Part shown: positions 10,722 through 21,650 of the stretch, one piece after another
Layout: the number at the start of each line of letters is the position of its first letter
Numbering within the stretch: the stretch's first letter is position 1
DNA from: Vallitaleaceae bacterium
GTDB lineage: Bacteria; Bacillota; Clostridia; Lachnospirales; Vallitaleaceae
NCBI GenBank assembly: GCA_963666005.1
Contig: OY762509.1
Location: 1,251,880 to 1,315,879 of the forward strand
Reading direction: 5' to 3'
Length of the DNA stretch: 64,000 nt
Program-made: the position numbers and the translations under genes
The notes under the pieces: generated by a model
Databases searched by the model: none
Seen by the model: the letters and a program-made list of their open reading frames with translations, nothing else
Told to the model about the DNA's origin: nothing

Positions 10722-12215
10722 ATGAAACCTTGGATTAAAATTGATGAGCAGGATAATGTAATTATCGCCCTTAAGCCAATTGCAGCGGCAACTGTTCTTG
10801 ACATTGACGGTCAGTCATTGACCGTCAATGTGGATATACCTCAGGGACATAAGATTGCCCTTCAAAACCTTGAAGAAGGAAGTCCAATTCTTAAGTACGG
10901 GCATCCAATCGGTAAGGCTTCATCCTATGTCGCCGTAGGTGACCATGTCCATGTCCATAATGTTGTGACGGGACTGGGTGAAGATGAAGCTTACGCCTTC
11001 AACCCACAAGTGGATGAAACAATAGAGACCAACGCAGCTTCTGATGTGACGGTTAATGTCTATCAGCGTTCTAACGGTGAAGTGGGTATTCGTAATGAAC
11101 TTTGGATCGTGCCGACGGTTGGCTGTGTCAATGGTATCGCTGAGAACATCGTAAGAGAATTTTCATCAGATAAATCTCTGAACGACATCGACGGCATCCA
11201 TGCTTTCACCCACCCATATGGCTGCTCTCAGATGGGGGATGACCATCAGAATACTAAAGAGACCCTTCAAAACATTGTTCGTCACCCTAATGCTGGCGGT
11301 ATTCTTGTACTAGGCCTTGGTTGTGAGAACAATCAGATTGATGCGTTCAAAGAAACCCTTGGTGACTATGATGCAGATAGGGTCAAATTCCTCATTACTC
11401 AGAACACGGAAGATGAGATTGAAGAAGGGATCAAACTTCTGGAAGAAATCTATGAAGTGGCAAGACTTGACAAGCGTTCACCACAACCGTTGACTAAGCT
11501 TCGTATCGGACTTGAATGTGGCGGGTCCGACGGTCTTAGCGGTATTACTGCGAACCCAATGCTTGGTGTTTTCTCTGACTGGTTCATCGGTGAAGGTGGG
11601 ACCACGGTTCTTACAGAAGTACCGGAAATGTTCGGTGGCGAGACCATCCTTATGGATCGATGCGGTTCAAGAGACTTATTTGACAAGACAGTTCAAATGG
11701 TCAATGGCTTCAAGCAATATTACCGTGACCACGGTCAGGTGATCTATGAGAACCCATCTCCAGGGAACAAAAAGGGTGGCATCACCACTTTAGAAGATAA
11801 ATCTCTCGGATGTATTCAGAAGTCAGGGAACAGCCCGGTAGCGGATGTTCTTAAGCATAACCAACGCATCACAAAGCCAGGCCTTAACCTACTCAGTGCG
11901 CCAGGTAACGACTTGGTAGCAACGACAGCCCTTGCAGCCTCCGGATGTCAGCTGGTATTGTTCACCACAGGTCGAGGCACACCCTTCGGTGGTTTCGTAC
12001 CAACGATGAAAGTCAGTACCAACACGGCAATCTACGAGAAGAAAAAGCGTTGGATTGATTTCAATGCCGGCCAACTTGTTGATGGCAAGACCATGGAGAC
12101 ATTGGCAGGAGAATTCAAAGCATATGTCATCAGCGTCATTGAAGGTGACTATGTGAATAACGAAAAAAATAACATTCGTGACATCGCGATTTTTAAAAGC
12201 GGCGTGACGTTGTAA
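10722..12215 (+). CDS. uxaA: altronate dehydratase
   Basis: This 497-aa protein has the N-terminal SAF domain MKPWIKIDEQDNVIIALKPI, resembling E. coli UxaA MQYIKIHALDNVAVAL. Its start overlaps the uxaB stop (TAAATG), giving gene order uxaB-uxaA-uxaC. Confidence 0.8.
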   Translation: MKPWIKIDEQDNVIIALKPIAAATVLDIDGQSLTVNVDIPQGHKIALQNLEEGSPILKYGHPIGKASSYVAVGDHVHVHNVVTGLGEDEAYAFNPQVDETIETNAASDVTVNVYQRSNGEVGIRNELWIVPTVGCVNGIAENIVREFSSDKSLNDIDGIHAFTHPYGCSQMGDDHQNTKETLQNIVRHPNAGGILVLGLGCENNQIDAFKETLGDYDADRVKFLITQNTEDEIEEGIKLLEEIYEVARLDKRSPQPLTKLRIGLECGGSDGLSGITANPMLGVFSDWFIGEGGTTVLTEVPEMFGGETILMDRCGSRDLFDKTVQMVNGFKQYYRDHGQVIYENPSPGNKKGGITTLEDKSLGCIQKSGNSPVADVLKHNQRITKPGLNLLSAPGNDLVATTALAASGCQLVLFTTGRGTPFGGFVPTMKVSTNTAIYEKKKRWIDFNAGQLVDGKTMETLAGEFKAYVISVIEGDYVNNEKNNIRDIAIFKSGVTL

Positions 12216-12318
12216 TTTATAATCCATTGCACACACACATACTCGGATTAGGCAAATAAACGCGGCGATTTCACGCCTGCGTTTTTTGCACGTCCGGATA
12301 AAATCAAAGGAGAAAGCA

Positions 12319-13731
12319 ATGAAACCATTTTTAGATCAAGATTTCCTTCTCTCAAATGAAACAGCAAAGACACTCTACCATGATTATGCTAAAGAGATGC
12401 CAATCTACGATTATCACTGCCATCTTTCCCCAAAAGAGATTGCAGAAGATAAGATGTACAAGAACATCACAGAAGTATGGCTTGGAGGCGACCACTACAA
12501 GTGGCGTGGTATGCGTTCTAATGGTGTAACAGAGGACTTTATTACTGGAGAACAATCAGATAAGGACAAATTCCTTGCATACGCAAAAACAGTTCCTTAT
12601 ACAATAGGTAATCCACTGTACCACTGGACACACCTTGAGCTTCAGCGTTATTTTGATATTACAGAGAATCTTAGTGAAAAAACGGCCGATATGATCTGGG
12701 AAAAGACCAACGCTCAGATTGCAACAAAAGAGTTCAGTGCTAAGAACCTGATCAAGCGTTCTAATGTTAAGGTAATCTGTACAACAGATGACCCAATTGA
12801 TGACCTTGTGTATCATAAGCAGATTGCAGAAGACAAGGACTTTGATGTACAGGTACGTCCAACATTCCGTCCTGACAAAGCCTACAACATTGATGTGGAT
12901 ACATTCATCCCATGGATCAACAAACTTGGTGAAGTGGCAGGTTATACAATCGATTCAGCGGCTACATTGATCAAAGCCCTTGAAGAGCGAGTGACGTATT
13001 TCCACGAAGCTGGCTGTCGTCTTAGTGACCACGCCCTTGATGTGGTTCAATACAAGAGTCCTAACCTTGAAGTAGCAAACGCTGTATTTGCTAAAGGAAT
13101 GGCCGGCGAAGCAATGAGCTATGAAGAAGTGGCTGTGTATAAAGGTACAATCCTTAACGCTCTTGGTAAAGCTTACGCTAAATATGGTTGGGCAATGCAG
13201 ATTCACATTGGTGCCCTTCGTAACAACTCCAAGCGTATGTACGAAAACCTTGGTGCAGACACTGGATTCGACTCCATCCATGATGAAACTTTTGCAGCAG
13301 AACTTTCTGCGTTTCTTGGTGACTTGGATCACACAGACGAATTGCCAAGAACAATCCTCTACGTATTGAATCCAAGAGACAATTACGTTATTGGAACGAT
13401 GATTGGTAACTTCCAAGGTGGCGGTATTGCCGGTAAGATTCAGTTCGGTTCAGGATGGTGGTTCTGCGATCAAAAAGAAGGTATGATTGATCAGATGAAA
13501 GCACTTTCAAGCCTTGGACTTCTCAGCCGTTTTGTGGGTATGCTGACTGACTCAAGAAGTTTCCTTTCTTACACACGTCACGAATATTTCAGAAGAATTC
13601 TTTGCAACCTCATTGGCGAATGGGTTGAGAATGGAGAATATCCAAATGACATCGAATTCCTTGGTCAAGTGGTTCAGGACATCTGCTTTAATAACGCAGT
13701 GAACTATTTCAACATCGAATTGAACGCATAA
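12319..13731 (+). CDS. uxaC: glucuronate (uronate) isomerase
   Basis: MKPFLDQDFLLSNETAKTLYHDYAKEMPIYDYHCHLSPKEIAEDKMYKNITEVWLGGDHYKWRGMRSNGV closely resembles the E. coli UxaC N-terminus (DFLL...RLYHDYAK..PI.DYHCHL.P..IAED..F.N....WL.GDHYKWR.MR.NGV). The start is trimmed to this methionine. Confidence 0.9.
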   Translation: MKPFLDQDFLLSNETAKTLYHDYAKEMPIYDYHCHLSPKEIAEDKMYKNITEVWLGGDHYKWRGMRSNGVTEDFITGEQSDKDKFLAYAKTVPYTIGNPLYHWTHLELQRYFDITENLSEKTADMIWEKTNAQIATKEFSAKNLIKRSNVKVICTTDDPIDDLVYHKQIAEDKDFDVQVRPTFRPDKAYNIDVDTFIPWINKLGEVAGYTIDSAATLIKALEERVTYFHEAGCRLSDHALDVVQYKSPNLEVANAVFAKGMAGEAMSYEEVAVYKGTILNALGKAYAKYGWAMQIHIGALRNNSKRMYENLGADTGFDSIHDETFAAELSAFLGDLDHTDELPRTILYVLNPRDNYVIGTMIGNFQGGGIAGKIQFGSGWWFCDQKEGMIDQMKALSSLGLLSRFVGMLTDSRSFLSYTRHEYFRRILCNLIGEWVENGEYPNDIEFLGQVVQDICFNNAVNYFNIELNA

Positions 13732-13971
13732 GATACTAATATGAATCATACTAGAAAGCATCAGTTGCCTGCAATTAAGGTGGCTGGTGCTTTTTGGTAT
13801 GATTGGCCCATATTGACTGAGGTAAACAAAGAACCTTCATTAAAATAGCGTGAAATCATTATGAAAAAGACGACCCGTCTTTTGGTGCTATAGTGAGGTT
13901 GTTCGAGGTATGCTATAATATGGATAATAAATATAAACACCCATAAATCATTCTAGAAGGAGTATTAAGTT

Positions 13972-14799
13972 ATGTTAGGAGCAAGGGGACACGACATCAA
14001 TGGCATTGACCATCCGGAAGTTTTAGCATCAAAGTTAGCTGAAGGTTCTTTTGACTGTGTGCAGCTGGTAGCTTACAAATCCATTGAGGGTATAAAAGAA
14101 TCTGCAGGGTGTCTAACGCCGGCGTTGGCCTACAAAGTGGGCAAAGCTCTTGAAAAGAAAGATGTTCATATTGCCATGCTGGGCAGTTATTTTAATATGA
14201 TGGATCCTAATCCGTCAGTGGTGGAATCAGGGACAGAAAGATTCAAAGAGTATTTGCGATTTGCCAAGGATTTTGGCAGTCATTTAGTAGGAACAGAGAC
14301 TGGTTCCTATAAGGAGGACTGGGGTTACCATCCAGACAATCATACAGAAGAAGCGCTTGAGAAAGTCATTGGTATTTTCAAGGGTCTGACCAATGAGGCC
14401 GAGAGGCACGGTGTTATGGTTGGGATTGAAGGGGTCTATAATCATGTTGTATCCACACCTGCTCGTATGAAGAAGGTACTGGATGCTATAGATAGCAACA
14501 ACATCCAAGTCATCTTCGACCCTGTGAATCTGGTTCATGCAGGCAACTATCAGGCTGTTAATGAGATGATCGATGAAGTATTCAATCTCTATGGTGACAG
14601 AATCGTACTGATACATGCCAAAGATTTTATCTTTGATGAGGGTGAAATCAAGCGTGTGCCACTGGGTGAAGGTATGATGGACTACCCTTATCTTATGGAT
14701 AAATTAAAGGCCCTGAAGCCAGGCATTGCAATTATCATTGAAGAATTGACAGGTGACGAACTGGCGAACAGTAGAGAATACTTATCCTCATTAGTATGA
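13972..14799 (+). CDS. sugar phosphate isomerase/epimerase family protein (xylose isomerase-like TIM barrel)
   Basis: This 275-aa protein has an alternating beta/alpha pattern with conserved Glu/His/Asp positions (VGIEGVYNH...FDPVNL...AKDF). It lies downstream of the uxa genes. Confidence 0.5.
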   Translation: MLGARGHDINGIDHPEVLASKLAEGSFDCVQLVAYKSIEGIKESAGCLTPALAYKVGKALEKKDVHIAMLGSYFNMMDPNPSVVESGTERFKEYLRFAKDFGSHLVGTETGSYKEDWGYHPDNHTEEALEKVIGIFKGLTNEAERHGVMVGIEGVYNHVVSTPARMKKVLDAIDSNNIQVIFDPVNLVHAGNYQAVNEMIDEVFNLYGDRIVLIHAKDFIFDEGEIKRVPLGEGMMDYPYLMDKLKALKPGIAIIIEELTGDELANSREYLSSLV

Positions 14800-14944
14800 C
14801 GCCTAAACCATCTCTAAAAGGATGAACAGGAAAAGAAATCAAGAAATGACATACAGTTGTAGAAATGCGGGTGCCTTCACTTAATAGTCAATGATACAGC
14901 ACACTAATAGGGCATCCGCCTTATATTGAATGTTAAGGAGACAC

Positions 14945-16432
14945 ATGAAACGGCTTAGGTCTTATTGGTCCAACTTGGCCATACGTTACAAATTATTGGC
15001 GGCATTCTTTTCGGTGATTATCTTTGTCAGCGCCTTTAACTTATATCTGAACGATGTGAATTATCGGATGCTGGATCAGTTCAGCGAAACGATGACCGAC
15101 TATTATCAGATCAATGAACTGATGGAACTGGTTGTGTCCAATCAGGAGAATATGGATGCTTACATGCGTACAGCAGACCAGGATATACTAATGGAATATA
15201 ACCGGACGGATCGCCTTATGTCCTCTAAGATTAGCCAATTATTTATTAGGCTTGATTCTCAGGAGGCTTATTTTGCGTTGAAGTCCATCCGGAATTCGGT
15301 TGAAACTTACCGGGAGATGTGGGATCAGGCTATACGGCTAAAACAATCCGGTGTTAGCAACTATTATGAATCCTATTATCATGGCGTGGATATTTATCGC
15401 TTCACTCAAGGGTATGTTCAAGAACTGCTGTATATACGTTTGGGAGAAGGGGATGCACTGTATAATGATTTGTCTCAGGAGGCCGCTCTGATGCGGAGAA
15501 TTTCTACTTTTTTGATTTTGGGAGTCTTTTTGCTGGCCATGTTCTTTGCTGCTTTTTTCGCCCTTAGATTGGTACGGCCAATTAAACGGTTGGCAGATGC
15601 TTCCATTGAAATGGCGGAGGGAAATCTGGATGTCGCTGTTGTGACCATTGAATCCAATGATGAGGTTGGTGTCCTGGCGGAGTCATTTAATGCAATGAGT
15701 GCCAGTATCAAAGACTATGTTGAAGACCTTAAGCAGAAGGTCGTTATTGAGAAAAAACTTCATGAGGAAGAGATTGCCATTATTAAGATGGAACACTTGC
15801 TTCAGTCAGCCGAATTCCAAGCGCTACAATCCCAGGTGAACCCCCATTTTCTGTTTAATACACTAAATACCATCTCTAGAACAGCCATGTTTGAAAAAGC
15901 CGATGATACGGTAAAACTTATACAAGCCCTGTCTAAATTACTTCGATACAGAATTCGAAGCAGTGAGGATATGGTTACATTGGACGAAGAGTTGTCCTTG
16001 ATTCACGAGTATGTCTTTCTTCAGAAAATGCGATTCAAGGAAAGACTTGAATACGACATCAAAGGTCAAACCCTGTCCAGCCAACTAAGAATACCGGTGT
16101 TCACCTTACAGCCTATTGTGGAGAATGCGATCATTCATGGCATAGAACCAAAGATTGAAGGTGGCCGACTACGAATCAAGGTCAGGGTTACAGACAAAAA
16201 AACCACCATATCCGTCATTGACACAGGTGTTGGGATTGATAGGAATAAGTTAAGCCATATAATTGATGAAAGCAGACTGAAAAAGGCTCAGCGTATTGGT
16301 GTAGCTAACGTTTACAATAGATTTAAACTTCACTACGGCGGTCGAGGTCATTTCAAAATGTACAGCCGTGAAGGTGTCGGGACTATTGTTAGGCTTGTAA
16401 TTGATCGGAGGGGATCAAATGGTATTGGGTGA
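14945..16432 (+). CDS. sensor histidine kinase, LytS/YesM type (TM-sensor, HAMP, His_kinase, HATPase)
   Basis: An NPHFLFNTLNTI H-box (pfam06580-type) is followed by an HATPase G-box region (IDTGVGI). Two TM segments flank a periplasmic domain of about 170 aa. The start is set at 14945, which has an AAGGAG ribosome-binding site. No adjacent response regulator is present. Confidence 0.8.
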   Translation: MKRLRSYWSNLAIRYKLLAAFFSVIIFVSAFNLYLNDVNYRMLDQFSETMTDYYQINELMELVVSNQENMDAYMRTADQDILMEYNRTDRLMSSKISQLFIRLDSQEAYFALKSIRNSVETYREMWDQAIRLKQSGVSNYYESYYHGVDIYRFTQGYVQELLYIRLGEGDALYNDLSQEAALMRRISTFLILGVFLLAMFFAAFFALRLVRPIKRLADASIEMAEGNLDVAVVTIESNDEVGVLAESFNAMSASIKDYVEDLKQKVVIEKKLHEEEIAIIKMEHLLQSAEFQALQSQVNPHFLFNTLNTISRTAMFEKADDTVKLIQALSKLLRYRIRSSEDMVTLDEELSLIHEYVFLQKMRFKERLEYDIKGQTLSSQLRIPVFTLQPIVENAIIHGIEPKIEGGRLRIKVRVTDKKTTISVIDTGVGIDRNKLSHIIDESRLKKAQRIGVANVYNRFKLHYGGRGHFKMYSREGVGTIVRLVIDRRGSNGIG

Positions 16433-16499
16433 TAAATACAGGGGGGTGAATAGTCAGGTTGGTGAAGGCGGTCTTTATAACCTTTTGCGCTCTAAAAGG

Positions 16500-17486
16500 A
16501 TGCAGATTATTACGCTTCTGTTGGTATTGATGAGCCTTCTGTTGGGGTGTATGAAAGAGGATGCCCCTATGGAAGAAAAATATGCCCATACCTTTAGGTT
16601 GGCTGAATCACATCCGGACAATCATCCAACGACCCTGGCGGATTATGAATTTGCACGACTGGTTGAAGAAAAAACAGACGGCAGAATCAAGATTATTGTC
16701 TATAACAATCAAGAACTGGGCGAAGAAGAAGAGATGATCAAGCAACTTAAGTTTGGTGCCATTGATTTTGCTCGAGTCAGTTCAGGGCCTATGGCAGAAT
16801 ACGTTCCAGCGCTGAATATGATTCAACTACCCTATTTGTATGAAGATGGTGACCATATGTGGCGTGTCCTTCAAAGTGACCTTGGCCGCAGCTTTCTTAG
16901 TTCAGTTTCTGAAGCAGGGTTTGTTGGTCTTGGCTGGATGGATGCCGGTGCCAGAAGTTTTTACAACGATGATGGGCCTATTGAATCTGTTGAGGATTTA
17001 CAAGGTATGCATCTTAGGGTGATGAACAGTCATATGATGCTTGATATGGTTGAAGCCCTTGGTGGTATGGCAACGACTTTACCTTATGGCGAGGTATATG
17101 GCGCTTTACAGACAGGCGAAATTGACGGGGCAGAGAACAACTGGCCAAGTTATGACACATCGTCCCATTATGAGGTGGCAGGTTATTTTTCTGTGGATGA
17201 ACATATCCGTGTACCGGAGTTGCTTCTTGGAAGTGCCAAGGCTCTAGAGAATCTGTCAGAAGCAGATATGGCGATTCTTCATGAAGCTGCTTTAGAGACA
17301 GAGGCCTATCAAAGAGAATTGTGGCAGGCTGAGGAGAAAGCGTCGCAGGATAAGCTGGTAGGTTATGGTGTCAAGGTTAATGTGATTGAGGACAGAAGTG
17401 CTTTCAGAGAGGCAATGACGCCTGTCTATGAAAAGTATGCCAGCGACTACCTCGAGACCATTAAAGAAATTCAAGAGAAGTATTAG
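16500..17486 (+). CDS. TRAP-transporter DctP-family solute-binding lipoprotein (orphan, no DctQ/DctM nearby)
   Basis: A lipoprotein signal MQIITLLLVLMSLLLGC is followed by HTFRLAESHPDNHPTT...IKQLKFGAIDFARVSSGPMAEYVPALNMIQLPYLYED, which is typical of DctP. The supplied ORF begins upstream at 16401; 16500 is taken as the likely start. Confidence 0.7.
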   Translation: MQIITLLLVLMSLLLGCMKEDAPMEEKYAHTFRLAESHPDNHPTTLADYEFARLVEEKTDGRIKIIVYNNQELGEEEEMIKQLKFGAIDFARVSSGPMAEYVPALNMIQLPYLYEDGDHMWRVLQSDLGRSFLSSVSEAGFVGLGWMDAGARSFYNDDGPIESVEDLQGMHLRVMNSHMMLDMVEALGGMATTLPYGEVYGALQTGEIDGAENNWPSYDTSSHYEVAGYFSVDEHIRVPELLLGSAKALENLSEADMAILHEAALETEAYQRELWQAEEKASQDKLVGYGVKVNVIEDRSAFREAMTPVYEKYASDYLETIKEIQEKY

Positions 17487-17679
17487 TATGTCTTATTCTA
17501 GATTTCATCAACAATGTCCAACGATATAAAGCCAGTGTTACAGCCAGTTCATAAAATAATCCGAATATTTTATGAACTGGCTGTAAATATTTATAATTTG
17601 AGTAACAAAGTATAGGCTTATGTTAACCTTGGGTGTATAATGGTTCTAAGGACTATGGGGCAATGAAGGAGGACATAAG

Positions 17680-19413
17680 ATGTTAAAAAATATCAATATC
17701 GTACTTAAGATGGCACTAGGTATCGCACTGACATTCATATTGCTGCTTGGGGCATTGGCCCTAATGACAGTCAATACGGAACGGATCATTACAGAGAACA
17801 AAGAGATTTATCATGATGTTCTTATAGAGAACCTTTCTCTAATCTTGAATGCTGACAGGGATTTGTACCAGGCAAAGGTGGCTGAAGAACAATTGCATGT
17901 CTCCGGTCGCCGGGTTACAGAGGAAGAACGTCAGGCAATGATTAAAGAGTATGAAGATAATGTTGGTCAGACATACGATCGTATCACAGATGCTATGGAC
18001 AATTTGTCTAAATGGCCAGAGTTGTATGAGGATTTTGCCCATGAAGGATCAGGGTCGACATTGGCGGGGCTTTCCAATAGCTTTGAACAGTATTTTAGTC
18101 AATGGACAAACGGCTTTGACAAGAATACCTATGGATATACGACCAGCCATGAAGATGACTTTAACCTGATGCGTAACCAAATTGACTTTATGACAGAGAC
18201 CATTGAGGCCTATGCTGACATTGAAGCGGATGCTCTGGAACAGCAAGCAAGGACGAACACCTTCATTGTCTTGATAGCATCGGTTATTGTATTGGCTTTT
18301 GTTGGTTTGGTGATCTTATTCCAGCTTCGCTATATCAGTAAGAATATTAAAGCCCTTATCAAGGATATGAATACATTGGCACGAAGAGATCTTGGGTTAC
18401 AGATTGATCCAAAGAGAATGCGTTATAAGGATGAATTCGGTCGTCTAGGCAAAGCCCTTCATGATGTGATCGATGCTTTTAGAGAAGTTATTATAGAGAT
18501 TCACCAGGGCATTGACTCTCTATCGGCAGACTCAGCACATTTGAAAGAGAACAGTGGTCAGGTTAGTGCAACGGTGGATGAGATCAGTAAGACGGTCTAT
18601 GAAATGTCTGTTGGTGCCAGTCATCAGGCTGAAAGAACTGAGGAAGCTACTGGTGACAGTGTAGAGCTTGGTGAAATCATCAGTCAAAACATCTCGGGGA
18701 CCCATAAGTTGAGTGAGACAAGCCACATTATTGACAAAGCAACAGAAGAAGGTCTTGCCAGCGTTCAGAATATGTCTCACATTACAGAACGTAATCGATC
18801 GGCTTTTGAAGAGGTATTCAGTGTCATTGAGACAACCAGCAAGTCCGCTCAAAAAATTGGTGAAGCCAGCCAATTGATCAGCGATATTGCAGATCAGACC
18901 AACCTGCTTGCGCTTAACGCAGCAATTGAAGCGGCAAGGGCAGGCGAAGCAGGGAAGGGCTTTGCCGTTGTGGCGGAAGAGATTAGAAAGTTGGCAGAAG
19001 AGTCAGCAGAATCTACTGCGACCATCGACCGTATGCTGTCAGACTTGACAGAGAACGTGGCAAGGATCAGCGAGAAAAGTGAAGTGGTTAAAGGCGGTGT
19101 GGCTGAACAGGTAACAGTCATGGACTCAACGAAGAAGCAATACACTGCCATAGAAGAAAGCGTCAAAAGCATTAATCAGGCGATTGAGGAATTGGAACAG
19201 CTTAGCCATACAATGGAAGAGAAAAGGGTTAATGTCATGTCGGTCAATGAGGATCTGTCAGCCATTGCCGAGGAGAATGCAGCCAGTGCCCAAGAAACCT
19301 CCGCATCAACAGAAGAAGTCAGTGCGTCTGTTGCTGAGATGAGTCAGATTGCCGCCAATGTGGATGAACTGGTTGTGACCTTGACAGAGATCAGCAACCG
19401 ATTCCAAATTTAG
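17680..19413 (+). CDS. methyl-accepting chemotaxis protein with extracellular sensing domain and HAMP
   Basis: An N-terminal TM is followed by a sensing region of about 170 aa, a second TM and a HAMP domain. It carries the MCP signature [39 protein letters not shown] strong AAGGAGG ribosome-binding site is present. Confidence 0.85.
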   Translation: MLKNINIVLKMALGIALTFILLLGALALMTVNTERIITENKEIYHDVLIENLSLILNADRDLYQAKVAEEQLHVSGRRVTEEERQAMIKEYEDNVGQTYDRITDAMDNLSKWPELYEDFAHEGSGSTLAGLSNSFEQYFSQWTNGFDKNTYGYTTSHEDDFNLMRNQIDFMTETIEAYADIEADALEQQARTNTFIVLIASVIVLAFVGLVILFQLRYISKNIKALIKDMNTLARRDLGLQIDPKRMRYKDEFGRLGKALHDVIDAFREVIIEIHQGIDSLSADSAHLKENSGQVSATVDEISKTVYEMSVGASHQAERTEEATGDSVELGEIISQNISGTHKLSETSHIIDKATEEGLASVQNMSHITERNRSAFEEVFSVIETTSKSAQKIGEASQLISDIADQTNLLALNAAIEAARAGEAGKGFAVVAEEIRKLAEESAESTATIDRMLSDLTENVARISEKSEVVKGGVAEQVTVMDSTKKQYTAIEESVKSINQAIEELEQLSHTMEEKRVNVMSVNEDLSAIAEENAASAQETSASTEEVSASVAEMSQIAANVDELVVTLTEISNRFQI

Positions 19414-19488
19414 TGTAGAGCATGTTGCTCTTAACAGGATTGGATTTTTATCCGATGTTTGTTGAGTATGTCAGGTAGAATCATTTTT

Positions 19489-19540
19489 TTCGAATAAGAC
19501 TGTCTTGAAAGATATCAATCAAGGCAGTCTTATTCTGTTT
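19489..19540 (+). terminator. rho-independent terminator after the MCP gene
   Basis: A 10-bp stem aataagactg/cagtcttatt is followed by ctgttt. Confidence 0.45.
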
Positions 19541-19754
19541 ATGGATAAAATACTGACTGTATTTCTGGTAAATTAGCCCTATGTGACAAAATTATCTATC
19601 ATTAAACCCGCTTATAGAGCTATTTTGATAACACGCCACGTCATGTAATGACATAAGAACAAAATGTACTGTCTAATATAGACTTTTGTTGTGCTAGACT
19701 TAAGTTTGGAGTAAGCAATAATGGATGAAACATCTGTAAAGGAGGAGAATTGTT

Positions 19755-21455
19755 TTGAAGAGAAGAATAAGTGTTTTATTGTCACTCATGATGGTTATAT
19801 CGATGGTACTTAGCGGTAGTGTTGTTGCGGCCGAGAGTACCTACACTGTCAAAGAGGGTGACGTCTTATGGAAAATTGCCGAGATGTTTGATACCAGTTG
19901 GGAAAAATTGGCCCAGTGGAACGCATTAGAGAATCCTCATTTGATTTATCCGGGAGATGTCTTCATGACAGAAGCACCGGATGATACAGATACATTGACA
20001 CTTCTACATACCAATGATATGCACGGCTTCTTTATTGAAGGGGCCTACGACGGCATGGGTGCAGCAAAGCTCAAGACTGTTTTTGATATGTACAGGTCAT
20101 CGGATGAAAATGTATTGGTATTAGACGCTGGTGATGCGACGCAAGGGGCAAACCTTGTAACCCTAAGTAAGGGTGAAAAAGCTATGGAAATCATGAATGC
20201 CCTAGGGTACGATGTCATGTCCGTTGGGAACCATGAGTTTGATTATGATCAGGAACAATTATTGTCCAATGTTAGCATGGCAGACTTTCCTGTATTGGCG
20301 GCTAACGTGACATATGAAGATGGGACTGATTTCTTGACACCTTATGTTATCAAAGAAGTCGGTGGTATCAAGGTTGCTATTTTTGGCTTAATAACACCGG
20401 ATACCGTATTCTTAAGCCATCCTGACAATTCTGTCGGTCTTGTATTTGAAGATCCTGTTGCTGTAGCCACTGAGCTGGTTCCAAAACTTCACGAGATGGC
20501 AGATGTGGTTGTAGGTCTTGTCCACTTAGGTGATGAAGGTGACGCCTATACAAGTGTCAAACTTGCCAATGAAGTGACAGGTATTGATGCGATCATCGAC
20601 GGTCATAGTCATTCAACCTATGAAAACGGTATGGTTGTTAATGGCACATTGATCAATAGTACAGGATCAAAGACGGCCAATGTCGGTATCATTGAACTTA
20701 CTCTTGAAGACGGAGATGTTGTTTCCGTCAGTGCAAAACTATTTACAAAAGAAGCATCTGCAGACATTGAAGGGGATGCAGAGATAGCAGCCCTTATTGA
20801 AGGCATTCAGGCGGAGAATGCAGAGATAGAAGAAGAAGTGGTGGCTTATACAGAAGAAGAGCTCATCGGTGTTAGAGAGCAAGTAAGGACAGGCGAAACA
20901 AACCTTGGTAACCTGATTACAGAAGCACTGATCGATGTCAGCGGTGCTGATCTTGCCTTAACCAATGGTGGTGGCATCCGTGCCTCTATTGATGTTGGTG
21001 ATATTACGAAGGGTGAAGTTCTGACTGTTCTGCCATATGGTAATACAGTACGCGTTATAGAGCTTACCGGGGCTGATGTCATTGGGGCAATAGAGAATGG
21101 TATCAGTGATTATCCTGATGCTAAGGGGGCTTTCCCACACATTGCCGGAATGACGGTTGAATTTGATGCCTCACAACCAGCAGGTAGTCGGGTTGTCAGC
21201 GTTATGGTTGGTGACATGGCCATTGATGAAGCGATGACATACACCCTTGCTACTAATGATTACCTTGTTGCCGGTGGTGATGGCTATGATATGTTTGTTG
21301 GTAAGAAGGTGGTCGCTGAATTTGGCGCCATGGATGAAGTCTTGATCGATTACATCAATGCCAACGGTACTGAGAAAGGTGCTTTGACAGACCGTATCAA
21401 AGAAATCTCTATGGCTGTTACCGGATGGATCAGTGATTTATTCAGTGCAGCATAA
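19755..21455 (+). CDS. secreted LysM-domain 5'-nucleotidase / metallophosphoesterase (UshA/YfkN-like)
   Basis: A TTG start at 19755 has GGAGGA 8 nt upstream. The product has a signal peptide, a LysM domain (YTVKEGDVLWKIAEMF...LIYPGDVF), a metallophosphatase domain (LLHTNDMHG...GNHEFDY) and a 5'-nucleotidase C-terminal domain. Confidence 0.8.
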   Translation: MKRRISVLLSLMMVISMVLSGSVVAAESTYTVKEGDVLWKIAEMFDTSWEKLAQWNALENPHLIYPGDVFMTEAPDDTDTLTLLHTNDMHGFFIEGAYDGMGAAKLKTVFDMYRSSDENVLVLDAGDATQGANLVTLSKGEKAMEIMNALGYDVMSVGNHEFDYDQEQLLSNVSMADFPVLAANVTYEDGTDFLTPYVIKEVGGIKVAIFGLITPDTVFLSHPDNSVGLVFEDPVAVATELVPKLHEMADVVVGLVHLGDEGDAYTSVKLANEVTGIDAIIDGHSHSTYENGMVVNGTLINSTGSKTANVGIIELTLEDGDVVSVSAKLFTKEASADIEGDAEIAALIEGIQAENAEIEEEVVAYTEEELIGVREQVRTGETNLGNLITEALIDVSGADLALTNGGGIRASIDVGDITKGEVLTVLPYGNTVRVIELTGADVIGAIENGISDYPDAKGAFPHIAGMTVEFDASQPAGSRVVSVMVGDMAIDEAMTYTLATNDYLVAGGDGYDMFVGKKVVAEFGAMDEVLIDYINANGTEKGALTDRIKEISMAVTGWISDLFSAA

Positions 21456-21528
21456 CACTGTGGTACATTATGGTGCCTTAGTTATATTAAGATACGAAGA
21501 TCAGATGATTTAAACACGAGAATTTTGG

Positions 21529-21558
21529 AGGCTATCCCCTGTGGATAGTCTCTTTTTT
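21529..21558 (+). terminator. rho-independent terminator
   Basis: The stem gctatcc/ggatagtc is followed by a T-run. Confidence 0.5.
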
Positions 21559-21650
21559 AGAGAGTGGTTTATGTTATAATAGGATCAGCGGATCATACAT
21601 ATTAGGAATACTAAAGTATAACCAAGATAGGACAGTGTGAGGTAACAGGT

